A DNA stretch of 63,618 nucleotides, filler included, from Octopus bimaculoides (GCF_001194135.2; 3 parts of 3 records of this genome joined end to end with filler, not necessarily neighbours in it), one strand, 5' to 3'. Numbered from the whole stretch's first letter, positions 13,700 to 27,327 are shown. The notes: a model not told the origin generated them from the letters alone. Made by a program: numbers and translations.

Positions 13700-14510
13700 N
13701 NNNNNNNNNNNNNNNNNNNNNNNNNNNNNNNNNNNNNNNNNNNNNNNNNNNNNNNNNNNNNNNNNNNNNNNNNNNNNNNNNNNNNNNNNNNNNNNNNNNN
13801 NNNNNNNNNNNNNNNNNNNNNNNNNNNNNNNNNNNNNNNNNNNNNNNNNNNNNNNNNNNNNNNNNNNNNNNNNNNNNNNNNNNNNNNNNNNNNNNNNNNN
13901 NNNNNNNNNNNNNNNNNNNNNNNNNNNNNNNNNNNNNNNNNNNNNNNNNNNNNNNNNNNNNNNNNNNNNNNNNNNNNNNNNNNNNNNNNNNNNNNNNNNN
14001 NNNNNNNNNNNNNNNNNNNNNNNNNNNNNNNNNNNNNNNNNNNNNNNNNNNNNNNNNNNNNNNNNNNNNNNNNNNNNNNNNNNNNNNNNNNNNNNNNNNN
14101 NNNNNNNNNNNNNNNNNNNNNNNNNNNNNNNNNNNNNNNNNNNNNNNNNNNNNNNNNNNNNNNNNNNNNNNNNNNNNNNNNNNNNNNNNNNNNNNNNNNN
14201 NNNNNNNNNNNNNNNNNNNNNNNNNNNNNNNNNNNNNNNNNNNNNNNNNNNNNNNNNNNNNNNNNNNNNNNNNNNNNNNNNNNNNNNNNNNNNNNNNNNN
14301 NNNNNNNNNNNNNNNNNNNNNNNNNNNNNNNNNNNNNNNNNNNNNNNNNNNNNNNNNNNNNNNNNNNNNNNNNNNNNNNNNNNNNNNNNNNNNNNNNNNN
14401 NNNNNNNNNNNNNNNNNNNNNNNNNNNNNNNNNNNNNNNNNNNNNNNNNNNNNNNNNNNNNNNNNNNNNNNNNNNNNNNNNNNNNNNNNNNCATATATTT
14501 TATATAAATG

Positions 14511-14557
<47 letters not shown>

Positions 14558-14727
14558 AGGTGTATCTATGTATCATTAATTATGTATCCATGTATATTTA
14601 CAGTCGTCAATTCATTCATGCAAGTCTATATGTTTTATATGCTATTAGGTATTTTATTGTGTTGCCATATGTGTGTGTGTATCTATGTTTGTGCGTATGT
14701 GTGTGTGCGTGTGCGTGCGTGCGTGCA

Positions 14728-14761
<34 letters not shown>

Positions 14762-17127
14762 GTAAATGTCCTCTCACTGATATATAGATATACATTGTCT
14801 ACGCGATTGTATGCTTTAGAGATTGTACTTCTTACACGCGATACGCTAACAATGCAACAACGACGCAGCCGCTAGCACTTATTGATACGCTATATTCCAA
14901 CTTTCTCTAATGATCTTTCATTTCCATGTGCAGATACTTTGTCTTTCCTTCTATTTTTTATTCCGCTTTCCCCTCTTTTTCTTAGTCTTCATCTTATTTC
15001 ATTTCAGATTGTTTCTTCCTTTTCTTTTTACCTTCGCGAGTAAATGAGCGGTTTTACGTATCACGATTTCCGTTGGATGTCAGAATGACATGGCACATCA
15101 AAGTCTTAAAGACAATTTTGATTTGGTTTCCAAGTTACTGGTACAAATTTGAAAGATTGTTAAAATCCCACAAGACAGACTTATTGAACAATATTGAAAT
15201 ATGCATAGTTGTGTAACCTGATGAAATTGTGTTCGTTATGTGCATGTGAGTGTGAGGGTGGTTTTGAATGGATGCATGCATGCATGCTTCTACTAGCATA
15301 AATTAGGGTATGAATTGGTATGTAACTTGATGCATTGATTACTTTCAAGTGATATCGCATGTTACAAGTATGATTATTAATTTTATTGCTGAAATGATAT
15401 GAAAAATCAGACGTTTTAAAAGGACAAGATTAAAGTAGCAAAAAAAATGTTTGTAGTACGTTGTCTCTGTGGACAAACCACGAGCTTCTCACATCACCGA
15501 ATCTTTTGCATCCTTCGAAGGATACCTTATAATCTTACTTTCTTCTCGAACAGCCACTGAGTTGATAAAATTTAAATATGCCACCAAGACAATTCGTGAT
15601 TTGTACGCTAATAGCAATGGTGCTCTTCAATTATCGAGACACTTTTGTATGTGAAACACATTAAAAGGCTTAAATCAATACCTAATTTCCTCGTACATCT
15701 GACCGTCATGACTTCGATTGCACTAATCATTCAAGCAGTTTATTAACTAAAATGAAGGATCTTGAATATAAGTGATTATTATTACTAATGAAACAGCAGA
15801 AATCTTTATTGCAGTCCTGAAAATCACGTGCAATATGAATACTTCTGCCACCATTAATGCCTGGTGATAGCATTATACTTTCGTATACTCACTAATATGT
15901 GACTACGTGATGTAATTTCTTTCGTGATAGGATTTTACTGCTTTTTCTTCCATATGTCTCTAACATTTTATTACCAAATCAAGCTACTAATACCATACGT
16001 GCGGAACTAAACAAAGACGACTAATTCATTTTAGTAAGGGAAGCAATAAAAAAAATGTTCCTTAATAATTTTGAATTGGTAGATTTACATATTGTAAATA
16101 TTCGAACGTACATAATAAGCACAAATAACACTATTCTTATGTGTATAGTCGATCGCAGTGCATGATATGCGCATGGCTTTCGAAATGGAGGTTATTCGCC
16201 AACACAGGGATTCAATATTTGTATTGAAGTGAAAGGGACAAATCTCTTTAAGGCAGGCAATCTAATATTTCACTTAAAGCAGCGTCCTTTCTCTTAACAT
16301 ACTATAGATAATGGTTTTAATCAAGGAAGAGTAGATATATGCACCCTTCGTATAATAGACAACGTTTTGGATTTATGTTGGGAATTAAATAAATGTTTTC
16401 AACTCTAGAACAGATTATTATATCAAAATGTTTCTTATGTAGCAATATTAAATGGACGAAAGTTCTTCTGATTATGTGTGATGGCTCTACCTTCAGATGT
16501 AACTCAATGATGAAGCGTTATGTAATTTCGAAAGCTTTACACTCTCCGCTTTATATTTGAAAGTGATAGGATGTATACAATAGCTTGGATTGGGTAATTC
16601 GATAAGAATCAAGCAAATCTTTTCATTTAATATAGCTTAAGTAGATAACGGATGGATTGACCTATCAAATATATTACAAGGAAGTAATTAAGTTATTGAA
16701 TAAAATAGAATGACAGTTGTACCATATGAAAATCAATTACAGGAATAAATATCGGAATTTATCAATTTACCACTGCGATATATACATTTCTAATGATCAG
16801 AGATAGCTTAAAGTTACGATATATTCCTATTCTGTTCAATCAGTAACTACTAATTAATGAAATTACTCCAGAGAGTTGATTCTTTTTATCACTATGATAT
16901 TCCTCTCTGTACTATAGCTAAGAAGATATTCAGATTGATAACAGAATGTGAGAATATCCACTAGTATTGCTTTTTTGATGGTTGTACTTTTTTAATGATA
17001 TTAAACAACCTGGTAATCGCTACATTTTAACCTGCTTGTTGGGTTGTGATTTAATTAGAAAGGTTATGATACAGGAGCATCAGGAATATAGAGAGAGACA
17101 AAATCATATATGGGTGACTTTGTATGT

Positions 17128-17172
<45 letters not shown>

Positions 17173-17570
17173 TGTGGGTGAGTATGTGCGTGTGCATGTA
17201 TGTCTATGTGAGTGTATTTGTCATATATCAATAACGTTGTAGAAGTATTCCGCACATGCAATAATAGTCATACTAACAATCCGACATACTTCCATCATCA
17301 GCTGCTCCACATATATATTATATATTATATATTGTTATCTATGCGGTACTACATATATAACAATCCCATAGTTAACTCGTCATGTTGAGAATAATATAAG
17401 GTGGCCCGAAACAGGTAGCATTGGGTCTTTTATGCGAGCACTTGTACTTGTAGACAATTGCTGTATAAAAAAGTATATACACACACACACACACAAACAT
17501 ACATATATATATACACACATTCATATATATATATGTGTGCGTGTGTGTGTATGTGTGTGTGTGTGTGTGC

Positions 17571-17619
<49 letters not shown>

Positions 17620-18114
17620 ACGCTCTGCATTTGACCAGACTGATTATGGTAATCTAGGCTCATACTACGGCTTCTGGAAAATTCTCCATTTTATCTTTGC
17701 ACCAACTTACTAACGTCGTTCAAAGCTCTTCCTGCTGTGTTTTGTTATATGTATAGGTATTTTTTCTCTTCTGTTGTGTATAGCCGTAATGTTTCGTGTG
17801 GTTATATATGCATCAATTCTTTATATGCTTTATTTATATGATGTCTTTTTTGTTCCTGTCTTACAATACAATCGCTAGCTTTTTCCCAGAAGCTTAATAA
17901 GAGCTCTAGCACTTCCAAGATTGAGTGGTCCCGATGGTGAATGGCGCAAAACAACTATGCTATTTTGGGTCACTGGCTTAGGAGGAAATATAAGCTGCGA
18001 ACATGCCTAACTTTGCCTTCCGTTACATTTTCGTCTAGCTTTCCGTTTGCTCCGCTTTCGTCTATAGTTTCTTACTTGTTGTGTTCTTTCTGTTCAGTCA
18101 TTAATATTGATATA

Positions 18115-18175
18115 TATGAAAGAGTGACTGCGTGGTATGAAGCTAGCTTCTCACCCACATGGTTCCGGTTTCAGT
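18115..18175 (+). mobile_element. SINE family C head fragment running into (TA)n
   Basis: gagtgactgcgtggtatgaagctagcttctcacccacatggttccggtttcagt resembles the head of 4474-4891. Confidence 0.65.
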
Positions 18176-18192
18176 ATGTATGTATATATATA

Positions 18193-18230
<38 letters not shown>

Positions 18231-18972
18231 NNNNNNNNNNNNNNNNNNNNNNNNNNNNNNNNNNNNNNNNNNNNNNNNNNNNNNNNNNNNNNNNNNNNNN
18301 NNNNNNNNNNNNNNNNNNNNNNNNNNNNNNNNNNNNNNNNNNNNNNNNNNNNNNNNNNNNNNNNNNNNNNNNNNNNNNNNNNNNNNNNNNNNNNNNNNNN
18401 NNNNNNNNNNNNNNNNNNNNNNNNNNNNNNNNNNNNNNNNNNNNNNNNNNNNNNNNNNNNNNNNNNNNNNNNNNNNNNNNNNNNNNNNNNNNNNNNNNNN
18501 NNNNNNNNNNNNNNNNNNNNNNNNNNNNNNNNNNNNNNNNNNNNNNNNNNNNNNNNNNNNNNNNNNNNNNNNNNNNNNNNNNNNNNNNNNNNNNNNNNNN
18601 NNNNNNNNNNNNNNNNNNNNNNNNNNNNNNNNNNNNNNNNNNNNNNNNNNNNNNNNNNNNNNNNNNNNNNNNNNNNNNNNNNNNNNNNNNNNNNNNNNNN
18701 NNNNNNNNNNNNNNNNNNNNNNNNNNNNNNNNNNNNNNNNNNNNNNNNNNNNNNNNNNNNNNNNNNNNNNNNNNNNNNNNNNNNNNNNNNNNNNNNNNNN
18801 NNNNNNNNNNNNNNNNNNNNNNNNNNNNNNNNNNNNNNNNNNNNNNNNNNNNNNNNNNNNNNNNNNNNNNNNNNNNNNNNNNNNNNNNNNNNNNNNNNNN
18901 NNNNNNNNNNNNNNNNNNNNNNNNNNNNNNNNNNNNNNNNNNNNNNNNNNNNNNNNNNNNNNNNNNNNNNNN

Positions 18973-19020
<48 letters not shown>

Positions 19021-19471
19021 ATTAATACAGACATATCCATACAAAAATACAATACATGGGGATATGTAGAAAGAAATTGATTTAGTTAAATTAAATTAGA
19101 TTTGTTGATTTTATACTGCAAGCGATGAATTGAAACAATCTTAGTTCTGGTCTTGTCAATGTATTAATAAACTTTTATTGATCTTATCTCCATATATATT
19201 CTCTCTTGTTTTTTACAACGTTAGTAATAATATATATGCATGTCCCTATATTGTTAGGTATTCAACTAGCCTGATCTTGGACATTTTTATCGAGATTTAT
19301 ATCCTCACTTGTGTGTATATATACACTTGTGTGTTATCTTTATTTTATGGTATTTACTTTGTATTACATTATACTTATTTATTGTGCTTTTACTTATTAA
19401 TTTTTCTATATGTGACAGTGGATTTTCATTGATGAGTTTATGAACCGTGGTTCTTTTCCCTAAAACTATAT

Positions 19472-19516
<45 letters not shown>

Positions 19517-20212
19517 TACATATCTGTCTCTGTGTGGGAATGCGTGCGTAGATACACAGTCAGATAGATAGATAAACAGACATATAGATAGACAGATACA
19601 TACTTGCATACATACATACATACGTACATATATACATCACAAATTAAAATGACAAGGGAATAATAAAGTATATCACGAATTTATTTAGCTTACAGCTGTT
19701 ATGTTATACGATGCACTGCACTCATTGTCGAATGCCTGTGCATCACCCTATTTCTTCATAGCACCTTCAAAAATGATATGTACTTTTATTTATACACAAA
19801 CGAAAATGAAGGAAAGTCTTTATTGACCATCATAATCACTTTCGGTTTCTTTTTTTCATTTTTTTCCCGTTGTGTTCTTTCTCCCTTCCTTTCATTGTCT
19901 TGGATCCAATCCTATTGAAATGTTTCCATTCACATGATATATCGTACATGTTTTCTTTTTTACTTTTTGTTTTATAGAAACTCTTTATATATGCCTTTGT
20001 AATAAGTGGATTGCACCTTATTACAGAAACAATTGTATGTGAATGAGTGTTTTATCATAATTTCTTATTCTTTGTTGATTTGATTATATATTAATCCTCT
20101 GTATGCATACAGAGGATTAATATATAATAAAAATCATCTGATGCTTTGTTCTGAAGTATATGTATACGGAGATGTAACATAAAGTAATTAGCATAGCTAT
20201 CCCAAATGGAAT

Positions 20213-20213
<1 letters not shown>

Positions 20214-20278
<65 letters not shown>

Positions 20279-20325
20279 TCATCATTATTATTATTATTAT
20301 TATTATCATTATTATTATTATTATT
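20214..20325. repeat. (TAA)n followed by (TTA)n, a quasi-palindromic trinucleotide array
   Basis: Read directly. Confidence 0.95.
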
Positions 20326-20512
20326 ACACGCACAAGGCGTCCAATTTGGTACGGGAGGAAGTAAGTCAATCTCATGACTGGTACTTGATTTATCGACCCC
20401 CAGAAAGATGAATGGCAAAGTCGACCGCGGTGGAATTTGAACTCGAAACGTAACGATTGGCTAAAGACCGCTAAGCAATTCAACCGGCATGCGAACGATT
20501 CTTCCAGCTCGC
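20326..20512 (-). mobile_element. SINE family A
   Basis: Homologous to 33405-33603 and 40642-40844. Minus-strand head has tRNA-like boxes (TGGAAGAATCG, GAGTTCAAATTCC). Confidence 0.8.
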
Positions 20513-20549
20513 TACATTTATGATAATAATACTAATAATAATGATGATG

Positions 20550-20986
20550 TTTTCATTAATTTACGATATGGGCGAAGGATGAGGGGGACAATTTAAAGAC
20601 AGACACAAAGTATTGGGGGTTTACATATAATGAAATGATAAAAGATAAAAATTCTTTAATTTTTTTTTTAAATGGAAGATAAAAAAGGAAGTACACACGG
20701 TATACACTGAATAAAACAGAACATAGCCCACAAAGGTTTGAATTAGGGGGCGGGAGGATGATGAGGTGAATGATAGAGACGTGACCCTCCGGATACAGGA
20801 AGGCCTCTGGGGATAATTGAGGAACCCCACTCTCCAATTCCTTCTCTCCGACTCACAGGACTATACTTACAGAGGTAACGTCCACTCTTGCCATTTTCGA
20901 AGCTCTCAAGCTCCTTTCATAAACCCACTCAAGGACAGCACTTTCATCTCCACTCTCAATATCTTTTTCAAGTGAAACTTGACAAA
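20550..20986 (-). mobile_element. Probable Tx1-clade LINE 3' end (ORF2 C-terminus plus 3' UTR)
   Basis: Minus strand reads FHLKKILRVEMKVLSLSGFMK / SKMARVDVTSVSIVL*, followed by a pyrimidine-rich UTR. Resembles Tx1 ORF2 C-termini from recall. Confidence 0.5.
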
Positions 20987-20988
20987 TG

Positions 20989-21066
<78 letters not shown>
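20987..21066. repeat. (AAT)n microsatellite
   Basis: Read directly. Confidence 0.95.
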
Positions 21067-21067
<1 letters not shown>

Positions 21068-21518
21068 GAGCAGCACCGGGCTGAATAACAACATGGATGT
21101 CCTACACCGGGCTCCTTATACAAAAACATATCTAATCCAATAACATCGATGGAATTAGGCAACAGAACCGGTGGAAGATTTGAAGGAAGCGGTCTTTTAA
21201 CGAAGATAATTTTTTTTTTAATATTTTTTTATTCTTAAAAAATGAAATTTCACTGCAATACAAAGCACAGGTCATCCTATGCACGATGTCTCAATGAAAC
21301 ACGTGCGATCACACACGCAAAACCAACACCGGAAGGTTTACAAACTATATAAAAAAGAAATGGAACAAAATAGTAAGTACATATATTGAATAATTATGCA
21401 TACACTCGAATGTGTACACAATGATATATACGTTTTGATACCCATAGAACTACACATGCATCTTAATGTTTACANNNNNNNNNNNNNNNNNNNNNNNNNN
21501 NNNNNNNNNNNNNNNNNN

Positions 21519-21530
21519 TTAATTAATTAA
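21519..21530. other. TTAATTAATTAA pad between N runs (assembly artefact)
   Basis: The identical 12-mer sits between N runs here and at 44916-44927, and has stop codons in all six frames. Confidence 0.8.
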
Positions 21531-21604
21531 NNNNNNNNNNNNNNNNNNNNNNNNNNNNNNNNNNNNNNNNNNNNATATACATATATATATATATATATAC
21601 ATAC

Positions 21605-21637
<33 letters not shown>

Positions 21638-21650
21638 AAAAGAGAGTGCA

Positions 21651-21698
<48 letters not shown>

Positions 21699-21973
21699 TC
21701 CACTAATGTTCATGAAATATCATCTATCGCTAAAGGAAAGTCCATGGCCATGCAGAATTTTAGGTCCAATTGCGTCTTCCAATTCTTCACATCTCCACTC
21801 CCCTTTAGTATTATTCAGGGAAATGTCAAGGTAAACTATCAAGTCGAAATGAATTCATTGGTCTCAGGAAAGTGGGAATACATTGAACTTCAGCAGGTGA
21901 TGATCTTCCAAAAAGCCAAGTCCATTCCCTACACAGTAGTATTTCTCATCCTAGTAATCTTCTCTTGTGAATG

Positions 21974-22265
21974 CTCATGGTTTAGAGGTTAGGGTAGTCT
22001 GTTCGCAATTCTAAATTCGTGAGTTCGATATCCGGCAGCGCGTTGTGTCCTTGAGCAAGACCCTTTATTTCACGTTGTTCCAGTCTACTCAGCTGGCAAA
22101 AAATGAGTAGTACCTGTATTTCAAAGGGCCACTCTTGTCACGTTCTGTGTCACACTGAATTTCCCTGAGAACTGCGCTAAGGGTACACGTGTCTGTGGAA
22201 TGGTCAGCTTCTTACACGCTAATTTCATAAGTCTGCTGTCTCGATAATCGATTAAACAGAGTGTC
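21974..22265 (+). mobile_element. tRNA-derived SINE family B (CORE-like centre, tail type 1)
   Basis: Colinear with 42882-43200. Contains gttgtgtccttgagcaagac.ctttatttcacgttg.tccagtc.actcagctg. Confidence 0.85.
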
Positions 22266-22380
22266 AGCAATCTTCCCTGAGATATCCTTACAGAATGCTA
22301 ATGTGTTGCTCTCATTCACTGTTCTTACAGCTCACTTGATGACAATTAGGGTTTCTAAGGGTTCTCTATTTCCACACGTA

Positions 22381-22602
22381 CAGTAACCCCTCGCCATATC
22401 GTGGTTCACCTATCGCGGTTTAATATTTAAGCTTACGTTAATTCCTCTGTGGTGTTGTTCTGCATTTCTTATAAAATAAATATATACCAATTAAAAAAAA
22501 TTATAATTAAAAAAAATGTACAGCACTGCTTCTACTTCGCAGTTCTTCCCCTGTCCCGGGAGGTTTTGGAATGTAACAACCGTGGTAGTCGAGGGATTAC
22601 TG
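22381..22602. mobile_element. Tigger/pogo-type MITE (222 bp)
   Basis: Left end TA|CAGTAACCCCTCGCCATATCGTGG; right end CCGTGGTAGTCGAGGGATTACTG|CA. Imperfect TIRs starting CAGTA, with TA on the left and CA on the right. Confidence 0.75.
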
Positions 22603-23104
22603 CATGTGTGTGTGTTTGTGTATGTATGTTTGAGAGTTATGTGAGTATCAAATAGTAAAATCGATTAGTTCAACGCCTATTGCTGTATATTTTCACCTAC
22701 ATCGATTTATTCCAATGCTACATGTTGGATCATTTTTATATTTGCATTACCTTTTTGAACAAACACGTATTTATATATATATATATATATATATCAATAA
22801 TCTAACGCATAGTTTTATTTTTCTCATGTTCTGATAAACATTACGACATATATATGAAATGTCAATGAACTAGGGTTAGAGTTTTCCAGTGTCATCTAAG
22901 CAAAAACACGAATAAATGTATATAAAAAAATATTGAAGAACAAGTCTTCATTTACAAGAATTATCTCCGGTTCTAGACAGGGTAAACCGGTTGCTTTGTG
23001 ATGACTGGAACCAAATCTAAATGTAAATGGAAGGTAATTACAAGCATTAAGATTTTTCGAAAATTGACATGCCACTAAGGAAAAGTCTACATGTTTGAAA
23101 ATAT

Positions 23105-23160
23105 TCAGTTCGCGGTCTTTAGGTCGTGAGTTCAATATCCGGAGGCGCATTTTGTACTTG
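23105..23160 (+). mobile_element. SINE family B head fragment
   Basis: aggtcgtgagttcaatatccggaggcgcattttgtacttg resembles the B-box region of 22015-22055 and 42920-42965. Confidence 0.5.
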
Positions 23161-23175
23161 CTGTTGGATATATGC

Positions 23176-23240
23176 TGCTTATTGAGGCAGAAACATGTTC
23201 TGCTGACACGTGTTTCTGCCTTAGTAGGCATCATCTGCTC
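23176..23240 (-). ncRNA. Degenerate hammerhead motif within a fold-back duplication
   Basis: Minus strand: CAGATGA (U4A)-TGCCT acta AGGCA-GAAA-CACGTG-TC. Stem I is out of register. Confidence 0.45.
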
Positions 23241-24809
23241 ATCAAGTGCCTGACCTCATCTTCAGCAGACAAGACAGTCATATACATAAAAAAGACGACA
23301 TTTATGGCACAAGTTATGTGCATAAATGAAAAGAAAATAAACTACGAAACATCTCAAATCTGGTAACACAAATCTGAAAACGTTGTTGCGATTGTTACTT
23401 AGTATCAGGTCATACTTGATTAAATCTATCTATGTTACCAATTCAGAAACAGGACATCGTTTTTCACGTCTTGGTCTTAGCTCTCGGACGAACCCTTGGT
23501 AGATTAATGGCAACAAAAGCAATGAGTGTGTTTTCTATGTCGTTATACACGTTTAATCTCATTTTTGTCGATGTTGTTTCCGTTATAAATGATGTTAAAT
23601 ATATTAAGATAACAAATACATGCTTAGTTTTGTTTTGTCATGATTCTCTTTAATAATTTTGACTGCCATTAACTCTACAATGGTTACTGTAATAGAGATG
23701 CTATTGTCATTTTTGACTTTGTTTAGTCACAGCCACTTCGCATTCTCTTCGTATTTTCGTCTTTTCGTCGCATAATGATATTATGATGTTCTGATCGGAC
23801 TTTATTTTAAAAAATCCTCAGCGTTAGTCAACTTTAAAAAAGTCTAAAAATGAGTAAAGTGCCAAACAGAAAATACATTATAGTGTCACGTTTGTGCTCC
23901 GTAGCTATACACAACATACACTGCTATAGCAAGAACGATTCATACGGGACATGGAAACGAAAAATATAATATACAGAAACAAGCAAATATTGCACAATGG
24001 GAAACAAAAAACGAAACAGTGAAGGATCATCCTACGTTGCATACTACTGTATTCTACAAAACAAAAGGACTCGTTATATAATATAGTGGGAGATAACTAA
24101 AACAACAGGAAGGTTAGAGTTGAAATGTGTTTGAATTTAGGTTCGTTGTGACTAGGGATTAAACAATAATTAGAGCTACAAATAAACAAATAGCGACAGC
24201 ACTTTCATAGTTTAATTGATTTAATGTGAAACAATATATGCAACACATTGAAATTTACTATACAAAATATATGGGACGTTATAATGCAATAAAAAAAATG
24301 ACTAGACGAATGACGAAAGCACAGATGACGAGAGGAAATAGCAACAAATCCCAAATGAAGACCCTTACGCAATTATGCCTCGAATAATTAGATAAATAAC
24401 AAAATACAAGTTTTCCCACATATGCAGCAGCAACAATAATAATAATAATACATAATAGAAGAGAAGACTTAGTCAACAACGAGGAAAAACTAACAGACAC
24501 ATTAATAATAGAAGAATTAGCCAAACAAAATCAATGAACATGGAACAATAGAAGCTCTTTCCCAGCAAATAAATGATCAAACGTCTTCAAAGATTATTTG
24601 TCATTTATAACTACGCCCCCCAAAAATGTATTTCCATTGAACAAAAGCGGTAAATAAACGGATTATATAAGTTATTTACTGAACCATAAGAAAATTACTC
24701 ACCCATTACATAAAACACATAGGAAACTAAGTATAAAATACAATATATATATGTATATGCTATGTATATAGATATATATATATACATATATATGCACATA
24801 CATATATAT

Positions 24810-24865
<56 letters not shown>

Positions 24866-24887
24866 NNNNNNNNNNNNNNNNNNNNNN

Positions 24888-24929
<42 letters not shown>

Positions 24930-24930
<1 letters not shown>

Positions 24931-25255
24931 GTTCAGAGAGAGACATAGACAGGCAGAGAGAGTCAGAGAGACAAAGTAAAAGAGAGAGAGAAATGGATAG
25001 ATGGACAGACTGACAGACACAGATAAATGAATAGATAGAAAGATAGATAGATAGACAGACAGACATATAGACAGATAGAGAGACAGCAAATAGACAGACA
25101 GAGAGACAAACAGACAGAGAAACGGACAGACAAACGGACAGGCAGAAAGACATACATACAGATACATACATATACGGACAGACAGATAAATAGAAAGACA
25201 GATATAAAGACAGATAGTGAGATAGAAAGACAGACTGACAGACATCCAGACAGAC
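24930..25255. repeat. Degenerate (GACA)/(GATA)/(GA)n array
   Basis: Read directly. Confidence 0.9.
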
Positions 25256-25320
25256 NNNNNNNNNNNNNNNNNNNNNNNNNNNNNNNNNNNNNNNNNNNNN
25301 NNNNNNNNNNNNNNNNNNNN

Positions 25321-25413
<93 letters not shown>

Positions 25414-25959
25414 TCTACACAATGAACTGAGAGGGCGGTTTCATATGAAAACAAATAAATGCAGGAACATAAAAGAAAAGAATCTGAAAGTGGCATATAT
25501 AATTAAAACAATTCATTCTCGGGACGATATATTCAATAAAGTGTGGTAAATAAATGCGAGCAGTTTTTATCATCAAAACCACTTGGTAAAGTGATTACAG
25601 GGTGTAAAACACGTATGAGCTTTCAAAAAATGCACGAAAATATGTTTAACGTCCCTTGGTGGCTAAACGTTTCTTACACTAATTGTGACGTGGTCACTGA
25701 AACAGATTCGCTGCAACACGCGGTCTCTGATTAAATCACTTGCCAGGCACGAACATTAATTTGAAATAGATCTACTTAAAAATATATAAAGAATTATTTT
25801 AAAATGTTGAGATATAAAGGAGTGGGAATTTGAATTGTAAAAGTATTAGAGGAGCATATGAAGTCAAAGTATACATTAATGATATATATTTATAAGTTCA
25901 ATGTATTTTAAAACGAATGGGTGACCCACTTCGATCATGAATGACTATAAGATTGTACC

Positions 25960-26250
25960 TAGAAATTTACCCTCCGAGGTACAAGTCTGGGCAAGATTTG
26001 TTTATGGCAGACTAGCAGTCGCTCATCCATACCAGCCTCTCCTCTCTACGCCACCAAGGGTAAGGCCAAGGCCGATACAGCTTGGCACCAGTGACGTCAC
26101 AACTCATTTCTACAGCTGAGTGAACTGGAGCAACGTGAAATAAATTGTCTTGCTCAAGACAAGAGCACAACACGCAGCCCGGTCCGGGAACCGAACTCAC
26201 AACCACACGATCGTAAGCTCGATGCTCTAACCCCTGAGCCATGCGCCTTC
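25960..26250 (-). mobile_element. SINE family B head and CORE-like centre with a different 3' tail (type 2)
   Basis: Minus strand: ggcgcatggctcaggggttagagc...gagttcggttccc...cttgagcaagacaatttatttcacgttgctccagttcactcagctgtagaaatgagt, then a tail unrelated to 43020-43200. Confidence 0.8.
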
Positions 26251-26483
26251 ACATTTTATAAAGAATGATAACCAAAATATGACAGCACAATTATGACAAG
26301 CATGTTAAGTAGAAAGATTATCGTACAAAATCTTCTGAACTCTGGCAACTGAAAGGAAATCTGTTTAGATTTCTGGATAAAGGACCTAACTTTTTTTTTT
26401 AGTAGAGTTTGAGTAAAAGTAATCGGTGAGTCATTGAAAAAGTGAGCATGAAATCAGATTGTTTATTCGAGAAGAAATTAATA

Positions 26484-26696
26484 CTGGTTTTAAAGTATGG
26501 CACAAGGTCTACAATTTCGGAGTAAGTGTTAAGTCGATTGCATCAACTCCAGTACACAACTGGTACATATTTTATTCAGCCCAAAATGATGAAAGAAGAA
26601 GTCAACCTCAGTGGAATTTGAACTTAGAACATAAAGACAGACGAGATGCCGCTTAGCATTTTGCCCGATGCTTATGATTCTGACAGCTCACAAGCC
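26484..26696 (-). mobile_element. SINE family A
   Basis: Colinear with 40642-40844. Confidence 0.8.
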
Positions 26697-27026
26697 TTGA
26701 AGAAGTAACTACTGCTAATTCTCAAAAGCAATATAATGCGCAATATTGTGTAAATTAAGAAAATAAATCGCAATAATAATATTAATGTCAAATATTGGAG
26801 ACGAAGTCTACGCATAGGATGACTCTTTAAAACAAACCTTTTATCCTTATTTATCACAGAAACACTATTTGAGTAAAATAGCTATCTGTGCATCATACTT
26901 AATGCAAATGCATCAAGAAAAGCCAAATCAACAGCGGTATTTGTCCGGAGATGATATCTCTTATGGATGTACTATGTTAAATGAACTAAATAATGTCAGT
27001 AGCAGATGAAAATCGTCCAACAACTG

Positions 27027-27069
27027 AGACAGATGCGCATTTCTCCCTTTTGGTACTTCGTCAGCAGGA
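27027..27069 (-). ncRNA. Eroded minimal hammerhead motif
   Basis: Minus strand: CTGACGA-AGTACCAAAAGGGA-GAAA-TGCGCA-TC. The core and palindromic stem III are intact, but stems I and II are poor. Confidence 0.35.
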
Positions 27070-27327
27070 TATTCCAGCTGGTATCCGTATCCAAGTCAAA
27101 ATCCGTAGCCAGTGATACAGAAAACCAGTGGCTGAAACAATCTACTGATACTACATTTAGACGATAGCTGGATAAAAATTTATCATGGGCACCAAAAGCA
27201 TTATTTAATTAAAATAGCTTTCTTTGTATGATACTTTATGCAGTTACACCAGGAAAAGCCATAAGATGTCGATTGTCACTGGAAGAAAGTCGCCGCCACC
27301 GCCACAACATGAACAACAACAACCATT

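Noticed and set aside
21519-21530. TTAATTAATTAA islands inside gaps (also 44916-44927)
   Set aside because: An identical all-frame-stop 12-mer between N runs is most simply an assembly pad.
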